Below are positions 26,421 through 36,600 of a stretch of DNA of 64,000 nucleotides, one piece after another; the stretch's first letter is position 1; every line of letters begins with the position of its first letter. Source of the stretch: Selaginella moellendorffii (taxonomy: Eukaryota > Plantae > Lycopodiophyta); contig NW_003314416.1 in NCBI RefSeq assembly GCF_000143415.4, positions 213,981 to 277,980 on the forward strand. Direction: 5' to 3'. The notes beneath the pieces are model-generated. The model had not been told where the DNA came from and did no database searches. It saw nothing but the letters and a program-made list of their open reading frames with translations. The position numbers and the translations under genes were made by a program.

Positions 26421-27998
26421 GAAGGTCCCTGGGTCGATGAAATGTGTATGTACATTCCCCAATGTCCCATAGGGGCTAATACAAAAACCGGGCATGCTGC
26501 CCGAAGCTCATGCTACCTAGTGGTGATCTCCCTCATCTAAAGTGAGACTAGGCCTGCAGTAGAAGCGGCTGTGGTCGTCTCCGTCGTATCACATCCAGAT
26601 CCACGTCCCCCCTTCGTGCTGACCACAAGATCGACTCCATGGGGCACCATCTCCAACGAACATCCTTGTGGTCTCCTCTACCAAAACATGGCAGCCATGC
26701 TTTCTGCCACTCCTCGAGCCTCTCGAGCTTCCCCCTGTCCCAAAGGATAGCATGGTGAAGCCGTATTGCCGCCAGTGTAAGTCTCCACCACTCTGCCAGT
26801 ACCTGTGATACTCTTACCTGTGTCCCATCGAAATGTGCCCGGTTACGTGCTTCCCAAAGGGCCGGGACTCCCGTAGCACGCCATATCGCCCATCGAGCAT
26901 GGCCAAGCGCCTCCCACACGGGGACTCCTACCTCCGCCCCGGTCGTGTCCCACGAGACCTGAATCTCCCAGCCGTGTCGTCCTCTGCACCTGATGTGTCG
27001 CAGGGCTGGGCCCTGGGCAGGGCCTCTCGCTTCCTCGAACCAGTGGAGCATGTCCCCACTGCGGGCCTCGAAATCCTGTGTCACGCCCAGCTCCTTCCCT
27101 GCCTTAATAATCTGGCGCCACACCTCCTCTGCAGTGTCACACTCCCACAGCGCATGCTTGACTGTCTCGAGTTCGCAACACTCCCTGCACCTGCGACTCG
27201 TGTTGTCCTGGAATCGCTGTCCAACCGGAAGCCCGTTTTTCGCTACCAACCATGAGGTGACTTTCACTTTTTCCTGCATGGGCAACTTCCAGAAGTGAAT
27301 CGTGTTGTCCACCACTTGCTCCGCGTCGACCCCTTGAGCTATCCACTTCTGCCACAGCTTTGGAATCTCCTCTCTTGCCTCCTCTCGCGATGTCAGTAGT
27401 CCATTCCACGCTTCCTTGACTGCATAGGAGAAAAAGCTTCCCGTCCCTCATCACCATGCGGCAGGGTCCCAGTCCAGATCTTCTAGTAGCTGCTGTCGCC
27501 ACCATATCAGTGATCCATAGCCCTCCAATAGGTCTTCCGAGTCCACCACGTCCAGCCTCTTGGGTGATTGCCTGAGCACACGAATCCTCCCACGTACCTC
27601 ATCGTCCATGACATCCGGCATCTCTTGTCTCTCACCCATTGAGAGAAGTGTGTCTCCTCTTGTGATGCGAAATGGCAGTCCTATGTTGTGCTCTAGTGCG
27701 GCGATGAACCAAACCTCAACGTCCCCTTCTTCCCATGCTGGTGTAGGCGTGGTGAATGCTTGAGTCCACGTCCCCAGCAGACGTCGCACAACATCGTGTT
27801 CCTCCCACTTTGTTTGCCGCTAGATTGCCACAAAGTCACCTGCTTGAAGGCATCTTCTCGGCCACTTCGTCCCTGCTTTTGTGTTGTTCACCACTCGGAG
27901 GAGTCGCAGGATGTTACGTTGCTTCCAAGGTCCAAACACTTGAGTCCTTCTCACTGTTCGCCACCAATCCCTGTCAATCACTCCCGCCAGTTGCTTCA
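26421..27998 (-). mobile_element. LINE B, 3' part (continues at 52786-58614)
   Basis: Collinear with 18441-20010; zf-RVT-like CRECCELETVKHALWEC; the sequence resumes at 52786 after TSD TTCA. Confidence 0.9.
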
Positions 27999-28450
27999 AA
28001 GCTCTATTTCGTTAAAGTGGGAATTGTCATTATCCCACTTGTAAAATAAGGTTTCCAAACCTTTATATAGTATATAAATATAACAAAATTCAACTGCATT
28101 GAGGCACATGCCATTTTATTTTAAACAAGGAAATGTCTACTCAATCACTTCTCCTCCCCCTGCCACTGCTTCACCTCTCTCTTCTCCTTGTCATCGTCGT
28201 CCAATTTCTTTCCATCCTTTTAATATTGGCTTAGTTGCTCCGAGTCTAGGTGGAGCCCAAGTCCCCATTCAATCTTTACTTTCCCCTTATTAATAAAACA
28301 ACTTTGTAGACTTCCAATAACATGATGTAACATGCTGTAATGTAACATGTAATGCTGTAATCCTCTCAAAGAATTGTCTTTTAATATTAATACAATGGCA
28401 TGGAACCCCATGCCATAATAAGTTACATTTTTAAATAAATACATGCCATC

Positions 28451-28987
28451 TCAGATTGTTATTTTTTGCCTCCAACGCCTATACAATAATCTTGGAATTT
28501 CATCACTCTCCACACTATCAAGATTTAAACCCAATAGTAATGCCATCTCTTCTCTAATACGTCCACGCTCATGTTCAGTGGTCGAAGAACCCATCCGGTT
28601 GAGCAGATTATGGAGATGCGGATAGTGCTTGGCTAGACAATATACATGCCATAAATGATGACTAATGTCTATCCGATCAAATGGCTTCTGATATACCGTT
28701 CCATCTGCCATTTGGTTGATTTCTGCAGCCACCTCCTGGACTGGCCGGTTCTCTATCACCATCGCTCCAAGCCGTTTTGCAAGGTCCCCCAGAACATACG
28801 GTTTCTTCTCCCTAGTTTCCATACTGCAAGAGATGGGGTGCACTGCATATGTGTGCGTGTTCACTGCAGTTTTAATCGGCGAGTCATCGATGATGAGGAT
28901 TTCACTTGACCTAGCAGTCCGATTCATCACTACAGCCTCTGGCTTGACGAAGATGGGCTTGCTACCCCTCACATGGACCATAGTCAA
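28451..28987 (-). pseudogene. FCP1/NIF-like HAD phosphatase fragment (transposon cargo)
   Basis: PIFVKP..EILIIDDSPIKTAVNTHTYAVHP resembles HAD motifs III/IV of NIF/FCP1-homology domains. The DxDxT motif I is not seen. Confidence 0.55.
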
Positions 28988-29825
28988 GCAATCCTCCTAC
29001 GTTAGGAGAAAGTTAAATGGTAATATTACTCGCGTCTGATCGTGCATCATCTGTAGCAACGTTAATGCATTGTGGCGCATCATGGATGTCCAAACTCCCA
29101 ATTGCAAATTGAACCCGGCCCTCTGTTTTAAGTGTCGCATGGTCATTATTAGATCCCGTAGTTTCTCCCGTGTGATTAATGTGAATCTGTCTCATTTGAC
29201 CAACTTGTGACTGCAGGCTTTGGAGGGTGCAGTGACATTCGAGGACGAGCCACGCTCATGGGAGAAAAGGACACCGTTCAGATAAAAAACGATACAGTAC
29301 CTTCGCTGTGACTCTGAAATGAAATGCGTCAGCATAAAAAATGGTACAAGTCAATTTTACCATCTACAATATTAGCGAATGGTGCTCCCGATGGTCGTTG
29401 AGAGGGTTTTGGTCGAGGAAACGTGAAGGGCAGAAATACTCTCCTCTGCAATGTGGGGTCAATCGCATCCGATGGCATGTGGGCACATGCCATTTCAGCT
29501 GTAGACTCTGGTACAACTGGCTCAACAGTGGCATGGGGTGGTTCCGATGGCGTGTGATCACACGCCATTTCAGCTGGTGCCTCCGTTGGCAAAGTGGACA
29601 TGACCGAATAGGCAGTAGGACCGAGCAGACAATATACATGCCATAAATGATGACTGGTGTCTGTCCGATCAAATGGCTTCTGATATACCGTTCCATCTGC
29701 CATTTGGTTGATTTCTGCAATGGAAATGGCGTGAGGCCACATGCTATGCCACATGCAATGAGGCTTACCTGCCAGGCGCTAGTTGCTAGTGCACGTCCTT
29801 GTCCTAGTTTTTGTGGCTTCTTCAG

Positions 29826-30968
29826 TTAAACCGAGAGCTTCCGTGTTCGTGCCAATGTCTCGTGCAGACCCGATTTGTAGCACGTTTCTTGCTTGACATT
29901 CTGCGCGTGGGAGATGTATATGATAGATCGGAGGGGCGAGTTGCCTTTTATCAGGCGGACAACTCTTGTCTTGAAGACTTTCTTCACCTCCTCGCCCACC
30001 ATAATATCCACAACTATCTCTTGCATCGCCAAGCTAGAATGCTGCTCGGAGATGGCATAGAACCGGATGTTCTGATCGTCCAACACCTTCCTATTGATCA
30101 AGTCTGGAAACCTCGTCTCGCCCTTCATTGTTTGGTAGTAGGGGATCACGTCTGCGATGTCGGGTGTTATTGGACTTGCCAGCATCTTCTGCTTCAGTTT
30201 CTCCACCCACTCATCAGATACTAGCCTGTGGTTGTATTTGCTTTGGATGTCGATGTGGCTCACGTCGATTGTATATACTTTGTTGGAATAGTAACAAGTA
30301 CTATTATCTGCGACGATTTTTGCTGCCTCTTCTTGCTCTTTCTGCTCTTTGCGGCTCTTCTTTTTGGTGGGTGTAGTGTTCGAACCCGAGGCAATGGCAT
30401 CACCGAGTAGCTTCTTTTTTGGAGTAGGAGAGTCGGACGTCGGCTTGAGCTTGACCACCCTTTTCTGCTTCGGGGTAGTTTCCAGATCGACCCTCTTCCC
30501 CTTCGCTTCGCGAACTGGAGTCACTCTCAACGGCTCAATGTTGGAATATAGTTTTTGAACATCGCCGTAGGTGAAGTCTGTGGATTCCATGTGATCTTCA
30601 TAGACCCGCAGCGTCTTTGAAATTGTGGGCCTCCTGGACAACCTCTCCCTAGCTCCCTCTAGGAATTCCTCATAGCCGCTGCCCCCCTCCGGGAAGCCAC
30701 TAGGATGTCCAAGGTGGATCTTGAAGGCGGACGCTGTCTCTACCACAAGTGCCAGTCCATATTCTTGCATGGAACTGCATGGAGTGTCTGTCACTTGGAT
30801 GAGGATCCCCATGCATTCTTTTCTCCCACCATCTGTGTTGTACAGCCTCAGATCCTCGCCTTCCATCCCGAAAGTCCAACTGGTGAGCTCCTCCCCCTTC
30901 TCTGCATCCACATTGACAGTGGCTGGAAGAAGAACGCAATTCCTCGCCTGTTCAGAAATGCACAACAA
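29826..30968 (-). CDS. ParB/Srx-like domain protein exon (transposon cargo; multi-exon, probably damaged)
   Basis: YTIDVSHIDI..YNHRLVSDEWVEKLKQKM...FYAISEQHSSLAMQEI resembles the ParB N-terminal fold (GxHR-like box). Has a basic NLS-like linker, an AG acceptor at ~30948 and a GTAAG donor at ~29768. Confidence 0.5.
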   Translation of the reverse strand: MLCISEQARNCVLLPATVNVDAEKGEELTSWTFGMEGEDLRLYNTDGGRKECMGILIQVTDTPCSSMQEYGLALVVETASAFKIHLGHPSGFPEGGSGYEEFLEGARERLSRRPTISKTLRVYEDHMESTDFTYGDVQKLYSNIEPLRVTPVREAKGKRVDLETTPKQKRVVKLKPTSDSPTPKKKLLGDAIASGSNTTPTKKKSRKEQKEQEEAAKIVADNSTCYYSNKVYTIDVSHIDIQSKYNHRLVSDEWVEKLKQKMLASPITPDIADVIPYYQTMKGETRFPDLINRKVLDDQNIRFYAISEQHSSLAMQEIVVDIMVGEEVKKVFKTRVVRLIKGNSPLRSIIYISHAQNVKQETCYKSGLHETLARTRKLSV

Positions 30969-33664
30969 TTAGAGCTGACAGATGAAAAGCTAGCAGCTGG
31001 AAATAACGTGAGGCCACACGCCATTCACCACTGCATCAGATGTCTTGAGGCTGCATCCTAAGATGGCGTGAGGCTACACGCCATCTGTAACCGGACTGCA
31101 CTCGAGAGCCCAATCGGTGCATGCCAATGTTGCTACTGAATGGCATGTGGCCTCATGCCATTTTCTACTTGGCCTAAAAGACTTACCATTTGAAGCCGAA
31201 TGGAGGCGTGACAATCGAGGCCGGACTCGCTGGCGAATGTGCATTGTGTGTGCAGCGGATCGTAGCAGCAAGGCTACTCTGCCACTTACAGTTGGAGAGT
31301 GGCACTGAAATCTCCCGGGACGCCAAGTGGGCTGCGTGTGGGTGGCGGAGTGGGCGGCGGAGTTGGCGGCGAAGTTACAAACTGGGTGTGTCTTGAAGTG
31401 GACGTCGATGCACACGAGTGCGATGCGAGCGCGAGTGTGATGCAAGCGCGAGTGGACGCCAATGCACACAAGAAACCTGTAGAGAAGGTAGATGAGCGCG
31501 AATGTGAGCGTGATCGTGAGTGGGAGCGCGATGCGAGTGCGAGTGTGCGAGCGCGATGCGAGCGTGAGTGTGCAAGCGCGAGTACGAAGCAAAATGCAAA
31601 ACCTAACCTCACACGCGCGAAATGTCACGACGGTTGGTAATCCCGCAACGTCATCATTCCTCAGACTTGGGTGCCACCATTAATTTCTGGATCGCCGCGC
31701 GCATGCATGCACGTGAAATCCAAAAGAAATCCGCAACGTCATCATTCCTCGGACTGCATGCAGGCGAAATCCAAAAGAAAGATCATGATTGGGATATCAT
31801 TTACTACCCTCGCTATATTTATACCATACATGATTGGATATTCCAAAGCATCTTGTATTTCCAAAAATGCCAGATGTTCAGCTAAATAAAGAATGGTATA
31901 CAATGTCCTTCTTGATGACCCTGCAAAGAAGCATCTCGATCGGACACCACATGAGACCACACGAGCCTTACAATGTTTCAGGGGCATTTGCCATCGATCC
32001 GACCGTTATTTTGCTCCAAGATTTTACAGTTTGGTGTGCATTGACCTTTCCATCGACACTGCAAAGGGACATCACAATCAGATGCGGGATCACAAGAAAC
32101 CAACTTCACTAACTCTGGTTTTGTTGGGGGAAGGAGGGGTGCCTCCCCCAACGCTCGCTCAAACATGAGAAGTGCTTCACTGCTCTCTGCAAAAATGCCC
32201 CCCCTCACCCTTGTGAGGCAAGGGTTTTATACAAGGAAGATGGGGAATATTCTGAGGACCAGAATATTCCCTCTCTCTCTCTCGCTCTCTCGGTGGCCAC
32301 GCCCTAACATGCGACCATGGTGGATCGCGCTGGCTCCAGACGCGCGAGAACCCTCCGAAGAGTGTAGAGTGTACGTTTGCTACTGATGCCAAGTGCTGGT
32401 AACTGCGTGAAATAGTAGAAACTCTAGAAAACAGAGTGGAAAAGAAAAAAAGGTAGGTGAGAAGTTTGGAGACAGGGAGAAAACCCGGTGGGAAACCCTG
32501 TAGTCAAACTGGACCCTGAAGTTGAAGAAAAGTGTAGAAAAAGTGTGAAAAGAGGAGGAAAATAGAGGAAAAAGAACATGAGTACCCAAAGAACTTAACC
32601 CGTACCTGGATTTCAGCTCAGGAAAGTGTAATATGCAAATGCAACCTCTTGATGACTTCCGGTATGCTCCAAGGATTGGCCGAAATCGAGAAAGAAAGAG
32701 AGGTAGAAGAGGGGATGCGTTGCCCAAGGGTGGTAAGTGTGGAAATGATGAAAGATGGAGTGATATGGTGGAGCGCCGAGATGGTGGTGGCACTCGGAAG
32801 TGGTAGCCATTGATAACCGTTAGCCCATAGAGTAAACACTGACCACTCAGAGTAGCCGGTAACCGATAACCAGTAGCTGGGTACCTGTAACCAGTAATTG
32901 GTAACCACCTGCTCTCGCTCCTACTCCTGCGCTAGCTCCATGGTGGAGTGCTGAGATGGTGGTGGCTCTCTGAGAAGGTGGCTAGTCTGATGTGTCGGAC
33001 TGAAGAAGTCAGCAGCTGAAAAGGACAGCATAGTCACTGGGTTGCCGGTAAAGAGAGGTGGCATGTGTCCACTGAGTGCTGGAGCAGAAGAAAGTGGCTT
33101 CGGCTTCTGTGGCCTTGCCTAAAGATCCACCTAGGTGCCTTAAGTGAACAGGTTCACCTGGTTGGAAGAAAGTCGCTCCAGAAAAGCTAGTGCGTTTTCT
33201 GCAAATGGTCGTAAGGACATCTTGGACATGGCACGTCAAAATGAGGTGGTGTCTTGTGCTGCTGGTGCATGTATGTGCGTCCGTGGTATGGTGTAAATGT
33301 GACCTCAAATGGAGATGGGAATGATGGTGAAAGAATGAAAGATGCAAGATGGGCATCTAGAGATAAGTGCGGGCAATGCTGTTGGAAGTGATTGGTGATG
33401 GAACTGTGAGTGTAGATGATATGGAATGAGTGTGGGAGATGTGCAGGGTATAGTAATGATAAAGGAAGGGCCAAAGAACCTGGAACATAGACCGAGCCAA
33501 GCGAGGAACCTCCATACAAACGGCAATGCAGCCTGAGCACAAAATCCAAGGCATGGGCCATTGTCCAATGGAGAAACATCCTCTGAAAGTAAGAAAAGTA
33601 GCCACGAAAGTAAAGTGAAAGAAAGGAAGAGAAAGAAAAAGAAAAAGAAGAGAAGAGGAACGCC

Positions 33665-36600
33665 TCACCGGATGAAGCGTTTGAGATGAGAGTGGTTGTG
33701 AGCATGTGGGAGCTCACGTCCCTCAGCATCAACTAGCACGTATGCTCCACCTCCAATGTGTCGCTGGACAAAGTAGGGACCGGTCCAGCGAGGGGAGAAC
33801 TTCGAAGGTGGCGTGAACTTGTTGAGTAGAACGAGATTGCCATCCTCGAATGGTTCAGCAGACCGCTGGTGATCGATGACTGACTTGATCTTCTGCTTGC
33901 CTCGAAGGAGATGTTCAGTTGTGGATTGTCGCTGTTCTTCCAAGGCAAGAACCTCCAAGTCACGTGCATGAAGCTTGTCCTCATCGCTAAGCTGCATCGC
34001 TGCTGCGTATCGAAGTGAAAGTGAGAGTGATGGCACCTGGATCTCCATTGGGAGCACGGCCTCTGTCCCATAGACAAGGGAGAATGGGGTTGCAGAGATG
34101 GATGTCTTGAAGGACGTCCGAAAGGCCCACAACGCCGTAACCAAGTGCTCGTGCCAACGCCTTGGGTGATCCTCCACAAGCTTTGAGATGACTGTCTTTA
34201 ACATTTTGTTGCTGGACTCTGCCTGGCCATTGCACTCCGGATAATAGCTGCTGCTTTTCACGTGCTTGACCTGCAGTTGCTGGAGAAGATGCTGCATCAC
34301 CTGTCCAAAGAAGCCGCTGCCACGATCGGAAACCAAAACAGCAGGAACTCCAAATCGGCAAATGATGTACTCGTAGACAAACTTTGCTGTAGACTGCTGA
34401 TCTGCCTGCCGCAAAGGGGTGGCCTCGACCCATTTTGTGAAATAGTCCGTCGCCACGATGATGTATCGCTGTCCTTTTGAGCTCGGTGGGTTGATCGGGC
34501 CAACGAAGTCAAGTCCCCACTGGAAAAAGGGACCTGGAGAAGTGATGAGCTGAAAAGGAAGACGTGGAACATGGCTCCGGGGGTTGAACCGTTGGCACTG
34601 CTCGCATGCCTTGGCATAGGCCAAGCTGTCCTGGTGAATCCGAGGCCAAAAGTAGCCATGGCGCAAGAGGAGTTGTGCTGTAACCCGTCCCGAGAAATGC
34701 CCCGCACAAGAGTGGAAAGCGCGAAGGAGCTCAGGGACCTCGTGCTCCCCCACACACCGCAACAAAACTTCCTGAGAAGTCCTCCTGTAAAGGTGTCCAT
34801 CAAGAAGGCAAAACCCCCGTGCTCGGATCTCCAAAGCCTTTTGTTGTACTGATGAGGAACCTGCTGGGAACTGACCTGAATCCAGGTACACCGCAACTTC
34901 CTGTAATGCTGCTGGGACCACAAAGGAGGTAGCCTCAGCAACCAGGAACTCGCTCGGATCTATCACACGCTTCCGCCGCATGTGAAAAGTTGGTTGGAAC
35001 TCTTGGATGGTCACAATCCAAGATAAAGTACGAGGACTGTGAACCGGTCGCTGTAAAAGAAAGGTCAGCACATTAAAATAGACGTGGAAATGGATACGGG
35101 CTCCAGCGAGAAAGTGACGGAATCGCTCCAAGGTGTAAACAACAGCCACTGCTTCTTTTTCCGCATCCACATATTTCTTTTCAGTCTCCTTGAACGAATG
35201 TGAGGCATAATATGTTGCATGTGGTGGCTTGCCAAGCTGTGAACATTGGCAAAGGCATACTCCAAAAGCCTCTGTACCCGTTGTGATGTAAATGTCAAAA
35301 GGAAGTTGTCGTTCTGGTGGTTGGAGTACCGGGGCCGTGCGGAGTGACTGCTGTAGTGATTCAAAGGCTTGTTGTTGGGACTCACCCCAGATAAATGGAA
35401 CATTGTGTTGTAGCAAAGCTACCAGAGGCCGTGAACGTGCAGCATAGTTGTGGATGAAACGGCGAAAGAAACCCGTTTGCCCAAGGAAACTGCGAAGCTG
35501 CTTCAAGTTGGTTGGTGGGTTCCGATCCAGAATCTCCTGAGCCTTGGCTACCTGGGGTTTGATCCCATCCTGAGAGACATCAAAGCCCAGTAACCGGCCT
35601 TCGGTTACCCCGAATTTACACTTTGCCGGGTTCAATGAAAACCTGTGGTGTCGGCAGCGAGTGAAAATCTGTTCCAAGTGCATGAGGTGATCCTCAAAGG
35701 AGTCCGAGGTCGTGCACAGATCATCCATATACACCCTCAAGGCGCCTCCAATCAAGTCGTGAAAGGTGTGGGTCATAAAGCGCTGAAAAGTAGCTCCGGC
35801 GTTACACAAGCCGAATGGGAGGACATTGAAAGCAAAGATGCCCCAAGGTGTCTGGAAGGCCGTAAGATCTGGATGAATGAAGATCTGGTTGTACCCTGAA
35901 AAGCCATCCATGAAAGAGTAGTATCGGTGGCCAGCCATCTCATCCACAATCGCATCGATAAACGGAGTTGGAAAGTGATCTTTAGCAGTTGCCTTGTTCA
36001 AGTCTCGAAAATCAATGCAGAGGTGGAGTTTTCCATTTGCCTTGCGTGCAGGGACGAGATTGGCCACCCACTCTGAGCTCTCCAAAGGGTAAATAAAGCC
36101 GGCTGCCAGAAGTCGCTCGATCTCCAACTTCATCTCTGAGTGAGCTGCCGGGCTGAAACGCCGCATTTTTTTACAGACTGGTTTGGCTGACTCTGAAAGC
36201 ACAAAACTGTGCATGATTGTGTCCATGGGAACTCCTGGGAGCTGGCTGTAGTCCCAAGCAAACACGTCCTTGAAACAGTGAAGGAGATCCAAGAGCTTTG
36301 CTGCGTTTGTTGGAGCAAGCGATGTGGCAATAAAGACCGGGTCCTTGTCATCACCTAGAAAAACGGCATGAACCCTGGAGTCTGGAGAAACCTTGGTTTC
36401 AGGAGGCTCTATCTTTGATTCTTCCCTGACCCTGGAAACCGAAGAGCAGGGAGTGCCTTTAGCTTCTCGCATCGTGGTGATTGCTTGGTGTGATAACCTG
36501 TCTGCCCAAAAGTTTTCTTCACGGGGGACACTTTGAAAAGACACCTCAGAGAACTCATCCTTTAGGTTGACCGCCCGCTGCCATAGCTCTTTCAGGTTCT

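Noticed and set aside
31190-31683. ORFs over GC-rich (GCGA/GTGT) low-complexity DNA, and likewise 50400-50600
   Set aside because: Low-complexity, probably promoter or UTR DNA; no domain signal.
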